DNA from: Candidatus Wolfebacteria bacterium GW2011_GWE2_44_13
Lineage (GTDB): Bacteria > Patescibacteriota > Minisyncoccia > UBA6257 > UBA9933
Direction: 5' to 3'
NCBI GenBank assembly: GCA_001000675.1
Contig: LCHW01000001.1
Location: forward strand, 463-64,462
DNA: 64,000 bases
The notes beneath the pieces were generated by a model, which was given only the letters and a program-made list of their open reading frames with translations, was not told the DNA's origin and searched no databases. Below are positions 1-8,236 of the stretch, one piece after another; the first letter of the stretch is position 1, and each line of letters opens with the position of its first letter. The position numbers were made by a program, and so were the translations under genes.

Positions 1-3000
1 AGCGCCACCTCCTCCAGTAATATTAGCGCCTCCTATTGTATTGGAAGCAGTTGCAGCTACTATTGGTTCACAAGAACCATTCCCTCCGTCGCCTCCCTGT
101 GCCGTTGCTTTTACTTGTCCATCATAAGTGACGCTACTAGAAAAGCCCGAATCCCCATAATAACTCATCTCTGCCTCTCCTCCTTCACCTCCCCCTCCAG
201 CAACCGATATTGTTACTGAGGTTACGCCAGCGGGCACGGTCCATGCTGTTGAAATTGGAGTAAGGAAAGAAATGGTTGTAGCAGCTGTTCCCGCATCAGT
301 TGCCGCCAATGTTAACGTTGCACTTGTCGAAGATGCGTTGGCCGCTCCTGCATTTATTACAATAGAACCCGTCGGCGCGGTTGTATCGAGTGCAATCGTA
401 TCCGTAACGTCAGTGGTTGTATTTCCTACTGCATCCTTGAATCGCATGTAGACGGTTTTTGTGCCATCCCCCGTAGTAAGTGTGTGAGCCTTAGTAGTCG
501 CCGTAGTTGTCCAGTTGGTTGGACTTGCGGTGTTGCCATATGCCATTTGCACCGGACCGTTTGCGTCAGTCGGCACAGTCACGTTCAACGTGACTGACGT
601 AGAAGAAGCAGTAGTTGCATCTGCGTTGACCTTGAACGATCCACCAGTTGGGGCAGTGGTGTCGAGGGTGATACTGTCCGTTGAGTAATTTGCTGTGTTC
701 CCTCCTGCGTCACGGAACTTTATGTAAACGGTCTTCGTGCCATCCCCTGTGTCGAGGGTATGGGCTTTGCTTGTTGTTACGGCTGTCCAGTTGGTTGGAG
801 AAAAAGTATTGCCATATGCCATCTGCAATGGAGTCCACGCATCAGTTGGTGCTGTGATGTTTAGCGTGACGGTCGTTGAAGATGCATTAGCCGCTCCTGC
901 GTTAATCGAAACCCCTCCGCCAGTTGGGGCAGTGGTGTCGAGGGTGATGGTATCCGTCGTGTCAGTGGTTGCGTTCCCTGCCGCATCCATAAATCGCATG
1001 TACACGGTTTTTGTTCCGTCGCCCGTCGTGAGGGTATGCGCAATTGATGTGCTCGTAGCAGTCCAGTTGGTTGGGCTTGCGGTGTTGCCGTATGCTATCT
1101 GGCTGGCATCGGTTGGCACGGTCACATTCAAGGTAACTGCCGTAGTCGATGCGTTTGCTGCATCTGCGTTCACTTTGAACGACCCACCGATTGGGGCTGT
1201 GGTGTCGAGGACAATCGTATCAGTATATTGGCTCGTTATATTTCCCGCTGCATCTCTAAATCGCACGCGAATTGTTTTCGTACCGTCACCCGCGGTCATT
1301 GTATGCGACACGCTCGTTGTTGCAGCGGTCCAGTTGGTAGGAAAATCGGCATTGCCATACGCAACTTCAACAGGGCCGTTTACATCCGTTGCCATTGTTA
1401 TATTGAGCGTAACTATAGTCGAAGATGCGAGAGGCGCACCCGCATTAATTAAGACACCTCCTGAAGCTGGGTCAGTAGTATCGAGGATAATAGTATCTGT
1501 AGTATCTGTAGTTGTGTTACCTACCGCATCCTTGAATCGTATGTAGACGGTCTTTGTTCCGTCACCTGTTGCGAGTGTATGTGTAATTGATGTAGCCGCA
1601 GTTGTCCAATTGGTTGGACTTGCGGTGTTACCATATGCCATTTGTATCGGACCATTTGTATCGGTTGGTACGGTTACATTCAAGGTGACCGATGTTGAAG
1701 ATGCATATGTTGTTCCTGCGTTAATCGCTACTATACCGCCCGTTGGGGCAACAGTATCAACTGTTGCGTTTACTGAAGTTGAACTTGCCGTGCCATTAAG
1801 CACATCGCCATCTACGGCGGTTATACGCACCTTGAATGTCGCCGAATCTGCATTGGTTAAATATTGCTGCACGTTCCAATAAGCCGAATACGCAGTGTCG
1901 CTTCCCGTTGCAACAGTGCCCACGTTATTAAACGCGGCTCCTGCTACGGTTGTTAGTTGCGCTGTTGGTATCGTTGTCCACGTACTGCTCGTGCTGTATT
2001 CAAATGTTGTTGTCGCCGTTAGCGTTGTTGAATCAGCGTCTCGTAATGAGAAGTCTATTTTCATCTTGCCGTAATTTGCATCGGCACTTGAGGTAATTTG
2101 AGATGCAGTTATTGATGCAATTGCGGGCGGAACGTTGTATATATAGGAAGGCTTTACTTCAGAAACAGTTGGAGTATTTTGTCCGGTAGAAGTTAAGTCG
2201 ACTTTATATTGAAAATATTGATCGCCTGAGCCATCTTTCATTGCAGCGGGAATCGCTGAAGAAGCACAGGTAACTGTGTCTGTTGCCTTAGTGCATCCTG
2301 CAGTTGCATTCGTAAACGCAGTCCATGACCCTAGTGTTGATGTTGCGGTGCCTGTGCGAAGAGAAACAGTGACCGTTGTCCCTGACGGAAGACTTGCTGT
2401 TTCTTTCCATACCAACCCCGTCATGACGTTATATGCGCTAGTGGAGTTATATGCAGAAGATGTTACCGAACCCGTAGTAGCATACAGGCCGTAGGTTATT
2501 GTCACATCATCAAGCGATGGACTTTGTGCTGTGTTCGCAGTAGAAAGCGTTGCTTGATATTGAATATACTGATGTCCTGCGGTTGCGCCGAGAGCTACAA
2601 AAGAAGTACCGCTTACTGTGGTCGGAGCCCCCCATGCACCACTCGTGGCTGCGGCAGATGAAGCGCCAGTACGTACCTTCATGGAAACAGTTTGTCCACC
2701 CGAGTTTGTCCACGATATATTGCCCCAGTTCGCAACTGGTACTCCTGTATCAATAACACCGGAAGTAAACGTACCGGAAGTATAGTAAGCGGCAGAGGGT
2801 GTAACCGAACCCGTCACGCTATCAAGTGAGGGGGTAATTGCCGTATTGCCACCGTTTGCCAACGTAACCTGATACCAAAGATATCGGCTATTGGTCGGAG
2901 CGCATGTCGTGTTGAGTGTTATAGATCCATTGGTTGCAACGGCTCCCGAGTCACATGTCCCAGATGCAAAGCTTGGAGCACTTGCAGTCGTGCTGCCCTT

Positions 3001-4794
3001 TACCTTAATAGAGAGGGTTGAGCCGGATGGATATTGTCCTGTATATGTAAGTGAGTTCCAGGTATAGGATGCTGCTCCACCTGCATCGAGGTAGGAAGTG
3101 TATACACCAGCCCCTAAATTAATCGCGCTTTGTACTGGAGCGGTGCGGTCCGTTTGTGTTCCATCTCCTAATTGCCCATTCCAATTCACCCCCCACGCCC
3201 ATACTGTTCCGTCGCTCTTGAGAGCGAGGGAGTGCTGCTCTCCTGCGCCAATTGTAGCTACCCCGACTAAACCAGGAGTTTGTATTGGGGTGCCTTGATC
3301 TCCAGCTGTAATACTCCCAAGTCGCCCATCAGAAAAATATTGAAGGTACGTAGGACTTTTGTCGTCAGTATCGAGGCTTCCGTTAGCCCCCCACGCCCAT
3401 ACTGTTTCGTCGCTTTTGAGAGCGAGTGCGTGATATTGTCCCGCGAAGATTGCAGTTACTCCAGTTATACTTACCACTTGCACCGGAGTGCTGCGACTTA
3501 CCTGCGTTCCATCTCCTAATTGCTTATATTGATTCCACCCCCACGCCCATACTGTGCCGTCGCTTTTGAGAGCGAGGGAGTGGTGGTATCCTGCGGCAAT
3601 CGCAGTGACTCCGGTTAAAAATCCAGTACCTCCTACTCCCTTTACTTGTACCGGAGTAGTTCTCCACCCGCTTGGCACTCCATCCCCTGTTTGCCCATAC
3701 GTCGCATATCCCCATGCCCATACTGTTCCGTCGTCTCTAAGAGCGAGAGAGTGAATACCTCCCCCGGCAATGGCAGTAATGTCAGTTAAATACCCAGTAC
3801 CTCCTACTCCCTTTACTTGTACCGGAGTAGTGCGTTGAATTAGTGATCCGTCGCCTAGCTGCCCGTTTGTATTGCTTCCCCACGCCCATACTGTTCCGTC
3901 GCTCTTGAGAGCGAGGGAGCTACTTTGTCCTGCAGCAATCGCAATGACTCCAGTTAAGAATCCAGTACCTCCTACTCCCTTTACTTGTACCGGAGTAGTG
4001 CGTTGCGTTGTTGATCCGTCGCCTAGCTGGCCACTTGTATTAACCCCCCACGCCCATACTGTTCCGTCGCTCTTGAGAGCGAGGGAGTGGGCAGCTCCCG
4101 CAGCAATTGAGGTTACTCCAGTTAGGGTTGAAACTTGCACCGGAGTAGTGCGTTGCGTTGTTGATCCGTCGCCTAGCTGCCCGGTTGTATTATGCCCCCA
4201 TGCCCACACCGTTCCGTCGCTTTTAAGAGCGAGGGAATGGTTGTATTTTGCGGAGAGTGCTGGCGTAGCAATTGCGCTTCCGAGCACTACGCTTGCACTA
4301 TCGCCCGTTAAGCCGTTTTGCACAGTAGAGGCATTCGTTCCATATGCCCATCCTCCTTGTTGCGCTGGTGTGGCAACAGTGGCCGTATTGTTGGTTGTGG
4401 TGATGCTTTGTGTTGCAGACTGCGAGCCAAGCAATACAGAAGCGCTCGCCCCTGTTCCGGTAACTGTTGTAGATGCAGTTGTGTACGTGCCGTATTTAAA
4501 ACCAGTTACAACTGCAGTGGCGTCACTCGTTTGCGTTACTGCCGTCGTCGCAATAGGCAACGTTATTGTCGTTGCTGTTTGCGCTGTCGACACCGAGTAC
4601 TGTATCCATGCAGTACGGTTCGTTGGCTCAACAGGTACAGCGGTTGTTGCGCCGCCGACCCATGACGTTTGATCGAACGATGCGGTTGTTGCTGCTTGTG
4701 CTTGTCCGATAACCATCGTCGCAAGCGTAATAAACGCAAGAGCGGTTCCGAAGGCTTTTTTAAAAATATGTTTGTAGTTTGTGAGGAGTTGCAT
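1..4794 (-). CDS. Giant secreted/surface protein with RCC1 (alpha-tubulin suppressor-like) beta-propeller repeats and tandem ~93-aa Ig-like modules. C-terminus lies beyond the window start, so the CDS is partial.
   Basis: Reverse-complement translation from ATG at 4794..4792 gives MQLLTNYKHIFKKAFGTALAFITLATMVIGQAQAA, a signal-peptide-like N-terminus. Repeated motif VWAWGxNxxGQLGDGSTTQRTTPVQV (about 7 copies, RCC1-type) spans roughly 3100-4300. About 5 tandem ~280-bp modules (TLDTTAPTGGxxxINAGAxxASSTSVTLNVTVPTD...GDGTKTVYxRFKDAxGN) span roughly 300-1800. The window edge carries a glycine-rich GGGG tail. The plus-strand ORFs in the track over this span (737..1546, 3872..4672, etc.) are antisense artefacts. 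Confidence 0.8.
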   Translation of the reverse strand, partial: MQLLTNYKHIFKKAFGTALAFITLATMVIGQAQAATTASFDQTSWVGGATTAVPVEPTNRTAWIQYSVSTAQTATTITLPIATTAVTQTSDATAVVTGFKYGTYTTASTTVTGTGASASVLLGSQSATQSITTTNNTATVATPAQQGGWAYGTNASTVQNGLTGDSASVVLGSAIATPALSAKYNHSLALKSDGTVWAWGHNTTGQLGDGSTTQRTTPVQVSTLTGVTSIAAGAAHSLALKSDGTVWAWGVNTSGQLGDGSTTQRTTPVQVKGVGGTGFLTGVIAIAAGQSSSLALKSDGTVWAWGSNTNGQLGDGSLIQRTTPVQVKGVGGTGYLTDITAIAGGGIHSLALRDDGTVWAWGYATYGQTGDGVPSGWRTTPVQVKGVGGTGFLTGVTAIAAGYHHSLALKSDGTVWAWGWNQYKQLGDGTQVSRSTPVQVVSITGVTAIFAGQYHALALKSDETVWAWGANGSLDTDDKSPTYLQYFSDGRLGSITAGDQGTPIQTPGLVGVATIGAGEQHSLALKSDGTVWAWGVNWNGQLGDGTQTDRTAPVQSAINLGAGVYTSYLDAGGAASYTWNSLTYTGQYPSGSTLSIKVKGSTTASAPSFASGTCDSGAVATNGSITLNTTCAPTNSRYLWYQVTLANGGNTAITPSLDSVTGSVTPSAAYYTSGTFTSGVIDTGVPVANWGNISWTNSGGQTVSMKVRTGASSAAATSGAWGAPTTVSGTSFVALGATAGHQYIQYQATLSTANTAQSPSLDDVTITYGLYATTGSVTSSAYNSTSAYNVMTGLVWKETASLPSGTTVTVSLRTGTATSTLGSWTAFTNATAGCTKATDTVTCASSAIPAAMKDGSGDQYFQYKVDLTSTGQNTPTVSEVKPSYIYNVPPAIASITASQITSSADANYGKMKIDFSLRDADSTTLTATTTFEYSTSSTWTTIPTAQLTTVAGAAFNNVGTVATGSDTAYSAYWNVQQYLTNADSATFKVRITAVDGDVLNGTASSTSVNATVDTVAPTGGIVAINAGTTYASSTSVTLNVTVPTDTNGPIQMAYGNTASPTNWTTAATSITHTLATGDGTKTVYIRFKDAVGNTTTDTTDTIILDTTDPASGGVLINAGAPLASSTIVTLNITMATDVNGPVEVAYGNADFPTNWTAATTSVSHTMTAGDGTKTIRVRFRDAAGNITSQYTDTIVLDTTAPIGGSFKVNADAANASTTAVTLNVTVPTDASQIAYGNTASPTNWTATSTSIAHTLTTGDGTKTVYMRFMDAAGNATTDTTDTITLDTTAPTGGGVSINAGAANASSTTVTLNITAPTDAWTPLQMAYGNTFSPTNWTAVTTSKAHTLDTGDGTKTVYIKFRDAGGNTANYSTDSITLDTTAPTGGSFKVNADATTASSTSVTLNVTVPTDANGPVQMAYGNTASPTNWTTTATTKAHTLTTGDGTKTVYMRFKDAVGNTTTDVTDTIALDTTAPTGSIVINAGAANASSTSATLTLAATDAGTAATTISFLTPISTAWTVPAGVTSVTISVAGGGGEGGEAEMSYYGDSGFSSSVTYDGQVKATAQGGDGGNGSCEPIVAATASNTIGGANITGGGGA

Positions 4795-5361
4795 GTTTAG
4801 TTGAGTTGTTTGGAAAATATATTTTACTGCTTTTTTTAAATCAAATTCTTTTTTATGTCTTGTCTTCTGTTTTCTTTGTTCGTATCGATGCAACTTGCTA
4901 TCGAGCGTTGCATCGTTTTGATGATAATATATTTCTTCACCAACTCGTTCTTTCTGTTTATACCAAGTGCTTTCGAATAAACTTCTTTCCACTCGCTGAA
5001 GCACATTCTGCTTCCAACCTTTTTTACTCAACTTGTTTTTATTACTATGCTGTTTGTCATTTCTGCGAAGACTGATACTTGGCGTAATCGAGGAATCTGT
5101 TTTTACATACTGCAGATCCTTCGACAAGCTCAGGATGACACGTGCAGCGGAATAATTTTTGAAACACAAAATTTCCTTTTTGCTAAAGGATTTCATTTCT
5201 TTATATATGCTTAATGACGCACGCAAGAGTGTCATTTATTTCGTAGTGATGTATCGATTATTCAACGCAAGAAGAATGTTCGACAACTTATTTTTTGTTA
5301 CCCATGTAACATGCTTTTATTATATGCTTCTTGTTATTACAACGCAAGCATATTTTAAAAA

Positions 5362-5392
5362 AATAAACACCGATGTCGGTGTTTATTTTTTT
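5362..5392. terminator. Bidirectional intrinsic terminator hairpin (AAACACCGATGTCGGTGTTT) flanked by A/T runs.
   Basis: Perfect inverted repeat with a T-run, immediately 3' of the recombinase gene on the minus strand. Confidence 0.5.
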
Positions 5393-6291
5393 CTTCTGCG
5401 CCCGTGAAATGTTTGGTGTATTTCTTTTAGCTCCTTGTTTGTGATGTGTGTATAAATTTGCGTCGTCGCTATGTTTGCATGCCCCAGCATTTCTTGTACC
5501 GACCGAATATCTGCACCGTTGATTAATAAGTCAGTGGCGAACCCGTGACGTAACATATGCGGATGCACATGCTTTGCGATGCCCGCCTTACGTGAATAAA
5601 AATCTACGAGGCGTTGCACTGTCCGAGGGATAATCCGCCCAATCACTTTCGGGCTCGTTGCTTTTGTATAACTCACGAACATTGCCTCCTCTGCGTCACC
5701 TCGACGGTCTAGATATTCTTTTATTCTCCTTACAGACCGTTCATCAAGAAACACCACCCGCAACTTATTACCCTTACCCCGAACCGTCACCTCTCCACGA
5801 TTAAAATCGATATACCTGTTTAAGCTACATAGCTCAGAAATACGCAGCCCTGTTGAAAATAATACTTCGAGAATTGCACGATCTCGTAACCCTTTTACAC
5901 TCCCTCCGTCCACTGTGTTCAATAAGCGTTCTAGTTCATCATACTCAATAACTTCTATTTGCCTTGTTGGCACTTTAGGAAGTTCAATTTTATCGGGTGA
6001 CAATACCTTGTAATCATTCTTAATCAAGTACTTCAGGAAGTTCCTCAACGCTATTATATAGTAGCTCTGTGTCGACTTGTTATATTGCTCCCCTCGCCCA
6101 TTCGAAGAACGTGCTAAGTGTAGGCGAAAATCTCGCACGCGCTCCACGGTTATATCGGTCTCATTTTTGATATTCTCCACTTCGAAGAACTTTTTTAAAT
6201 ATCGTTGATAATTCTCCCCCGTCTTTTGCGCACGGTTCTTTTCGATCTCGAGATAGTCGATATATTCTTTTAGGAGAATGTTTACGTCCAT
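5383..6291 (-). CDS. Tyrosine site-specific recombinase, XerC/XerD (phage integrase) family.
   Basis: 302 aa. The C-terminal catalytic region HPHMLRHGFATDLLINGADIRSVQEMLGHANIATTQIYTH carries the R..HxxR..Y signature. The N-terminal SAM-like domain is present. Confidence 0.85.
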   Translation of the reverse strand: MDVNILLKEYIDYLEIEKNRAQKTGENYQRYLKKFFEVENIKNETDITVERVRDFRLHLARSSNGRGEQYNKSTQSYYIIALRNFLKYLIKNDYKVLSPDKIELPKVPTRQIEVIEYDELERLLNTVDGGSVKGLRDRAILEVLFSTGLRISELCSLNRYIDFNRGEVTVRGKGNKLRVVFLDERSVRRIKEYLDRRGDAEEAMFVSYTKATSPKVIGRIIPRTVQRLVDFYSRKAGIAKHVHPHMLRHGFATDLLINGADIRSVQEMLGHANIATTQIYTHITNKELKEIHQTFHGRRRKK

Positions 6292-6393
6292 TGCTCTTAG
6301 TATACCAAAATGTTTTACGACAGACTAATTGACATGGGGCTCAGCAACGCTTTATCTAATTGATTTATCTCGGTCGTCTGTCACCCCCCGCAC

Positions 6394-6700
6394 TCAGGTC
6401 CCCGTATACGCGAGGATAAACTCCGGCGGGGATTCATAAAAATACTGGATTCCCGCCTGCGCGGGAATGACAATGCGAAAGAGGCTCTGGCATTCCGAGC
6501 CCTTCAGCACGCTCAGGATAAACTCTGTCGAGGAATCTGCTCTCACTATATTCTTACTGCAGATTCCTCCACTTCGTTTCACTGCGGTCGGAATGACAAT
6601 ACAAAATACTGGATTCCCGCCTGCGCGGGAATGACAATGCGAAAGAGGCTCTGGCATTCCGAGCCCTTCAGCACGCTCAGGATGACCCCGTAAAATTCGC
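6394..6700. repeat. Tandem pair of REP/MITE-like elements, each ending in the GATTCCCGCCTGCGCGGGAATGACA hairpin motif.
   Basis: An ~80-bp direct repeat (AATACTGGATTCCCGCCTGCGCGGGAATGACAATGCGAAAGAGGCTCTGGCATTCCGAGCCCTTCAGCACGCTCAGGAT) occurs at about 6437-6520 and 6602-6685. Track ORFs 6394..6705 and 6579..6842 (peptides VIPAQAGIQ...) are translations of this repeat. Confidence 0.6.
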
Positions 6701-6811
6701 TCCACTCATCACGGGGCGAGCAATGCAAAAGCAAAGGCCACCCCGCCTCCAACAGGAGGCGGGGTGGCGGGCTTCCCAGAAAGCTTTTTTGCCTAACTTC
6801 CTGTTTTCCTA

Positions 6812-7087
6812 GTGTGAAACAAAAATGTTTCACACGGCCCAAACTGCCGATATTTGTTTCACGTGAAACAATTTGTCACGTTTTACGCCCCCATTTCGAA
6901 ACTTTTGTTTCACGTGAAACATTTTGTCACGCTTTTGCTTCCCAGGTGTGAAACATTTTTGTTTCACACCGATTATTTTGTTTCACGTGAAACATTTTTA
7001 AATTCACCTTTGGAAGATTTGTTTCACGTGAAACATTTTGTTTCGTTTCACACCATGTTTTTCGCAATATTTGTTTCACGTGAAACA
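6812..7087. promoter_or_regulatory. parS: Array of parS (ParB-binding centromere-like) sites: five perfect 16-bp palindromes TGTTTCACGTGAAACA plus two degenerate inverted-repeat variants.
   Basis: Perfect TGTTTCACGTGAAACA at 6855-6870, 6906-6921, 6979-6994, 7020-7035 and 7072-7087. Variants GTGTGAAACA-N4/5-TGTTTCACAC at 6812-6835 and 6946-6969. The sequence matches the conserved chromosomal parS consensus tGTTtCACGTGAAACa. Confidence 0.75.
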
Positions 7088-7142
7088 AAAGTGCTCATTT
7101 TAACCCTAAGCCCTGCCTATCTATTTGGCATTACCCCCAAGG

Positions 7143-7166
7143 TTATCCACAATTCTTTGTGGATAA
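7143..7166. promoter_or_regulatory. Inverted pair of perfect DnaA boxes (TTATCCACA-N6-TGTGGATAA).
   Basis: TTATCCACA at 7143-7151 and its reverse complement at 7158-7166, about 55 bp downstream of the last parS site. Confidence 0.5.
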
Positions 7167-7254
7167 CTCGGCAAAACTATTGCCAAGCCTTTTTGTTCTC
7201 TTTTCTTGGCTGTCATTCCGATGCTGACCACGGGGCAAGTAATACTGGGGATTC

Positions 7255-7330
7255 GATTAATCAAGTGCCTTGTCATTCCCGCGGAGGCGGGAATCTATTA
7301 GGTGCTGGATTCCCTCCTCCGCGGGAATGA
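7255..7330. repeat. REP-like compound palindrome (TGTCATTCCCGCGGAGGCGGGAATC, 12-nt spacer, GATTCCCTCCTCCGCGGGAATGACA).
   Basis: Member of a dispersed palindromic family also seen at 59706-59765, 61885-61945, 48598-48640 and 6394-6700. Confidence 0.6.
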
Positions 7331-7379
7331 CACACCTTCGCTTTTACATACTCAGTCTTCCGCCGTATACTTTCTCTAT

Positions 7380-7796
7380 ATGACCGACCATCTTCAAACA
7401 GGTTCACTCGGTGAAGACGCTGCGTGCGCATATCTTGTGTCTCAAAAATTTTCCATTCTTGAAAGAAACGCTCGAGAGAAATTTGGGGAAATCGATATCA
7501 TCGCAAAAGATCCCGATGGTATTCTTGTCTTCGTCGAAGTGAAGACACTTAGCTCTCCCGAATTCTTGTTCCCCGAGGACAACTTGACCCGAGCTAAGTT
7601 TAAGAAACTTTCCCGCACTTGTCTGGCTTATGCGAATGCTCATCCCGAGCTTGTTGATTCCCAACTCGGATGGCGTATCGACCTTGTCGCCATAGTCGTA
7701 AACCCTCCTTACTCAACCACCCCAGACGCTCACCTATTTCAATACGGCAAAAATAATTTTGCCATATCGCATTACAAAAATATCTCGCTCGCATAG
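7380..7796 (+). CDS. yraN: YraN/UPF0102-family predicted endonuclease.
   Basis: MTDHLQTGSLGEDAACAYLVSQKFSILERNAREKFGEIDIIAKDPDGILVFVEVKT matches the UPF0102 pattern (GE..A..YL...G..IL.RN.R...GEIDII..D....VFVEVK). The ATG at 7380 is in frame with track ORF 7302..7796; the upstream portion of that ORF overlaps the REP element. Confidence 0.7.
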   Translation: MTDHLQTGSLGEDAACAYLVSQKFSILERNAREKFGEIDIIAKDPDGILVFVEVKTLSSPEFLFPEDNLTRAKFKKLSRTCLAYANAHPELVDSQLGWRIDLVAIVVNPPYSTTPDAHLFQYGKNNFAISHYKNISLA

Positions 7797-7815
7797 TGCG
7801 AGCGAGATTTGTTTT
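7783..7815 (+). terminator. Intrinsic terminator: 11-bp perfect stem TCTCGCTCGCA/TGCGAGCGAGA whose loop is the yraN stop codon, followed by TTTGTTTT.
   Basis: Seen directly in the sequence. Confidence 0.6.
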
Positions 7816-7820
7816 ACCCC

Positions 7821-7850
7821 TTGTACTTATTGCCGAATATTTTGTATACT
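7821..7850 (+). promoter_or_regulatory. Candidate sigma70-type promoter (TTGTAC, 18 nt, TATACT) upstream of the giant gene.
   Basis: Sequence match only; the implied leader is long (about 390 nt to the ATG at 8237), so the assignment is uncertain. Confidence 0.3.
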
Positions 7851-8236
7851 GTACTCAGATATACATCGGAAACACAACCTCAGTCTTGATCCTTCTTGCG
7901 TTGGAAATATAGGCTACACATTTTACATATCACATGACACTCTTGCGTTTGTCATTCACTCTTTATCGTTTTATTTTGTCTTTTTTGAAAAAGACTTTTT
8001 TGCGTTTTACTCGCCTTACTATCCTTGCGCAACGGCTCGTTAGAAGTAGGGAAATGAGTGTACATATTTTTACAAAATCATTTCGAAATCAGTCCTTCTC
8101 TATTTTAAAATATCTACGGCGCTCGCTCCTGAGACGCAGGAGAGTTGGGGAGCAAGTCTTACAACTCACCCCTCGATACAACTACCGCCGACTCAACACA
8201 CTCACTATCCAAAACTCAACTCTTCCTACTATAACA

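Noticed and set aside
737-4672. Long plus-strand ORFs (737..1546, 1610..1882, 3872..4672, 4318..4665 and others) rich in Ala/Val/Thr or Cys/Arg.
   Set aside because: They are antisense or out-of-frame shadows of the minus-strand giant RCC1/Ig-repeat gene. The minus-strand frame is continuous, has a signal peptide at its ATG (4794) and has recognisable domain repeats.
6394-6842. Minus-strand ORFs 6394..6705 and 6579..6842 (peptides containing VIPAQAGIQ / SFPRRRES-like strings), and 61764..61949.
   Set aside because: These are translations of the REP/MITE-like palindromic repeats. The same peptides recur wherever the repeat occurs, there is no RBS, and there is no codon-level conservation beyond the nucleotide repeat.
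6854-7330. ORF 6854..7330 (MFHVKQFVTFY…HVKHFV…).
   Set aside because: Its repetitive HVKHFV motif is the translation of the tandem parS palindromes (TTTCACGTGAAACA) and has no coding signal. The 5' part of ORF 7302..7796 upstream of ATG 7380 was also trimmed because it overlaps the REP element.
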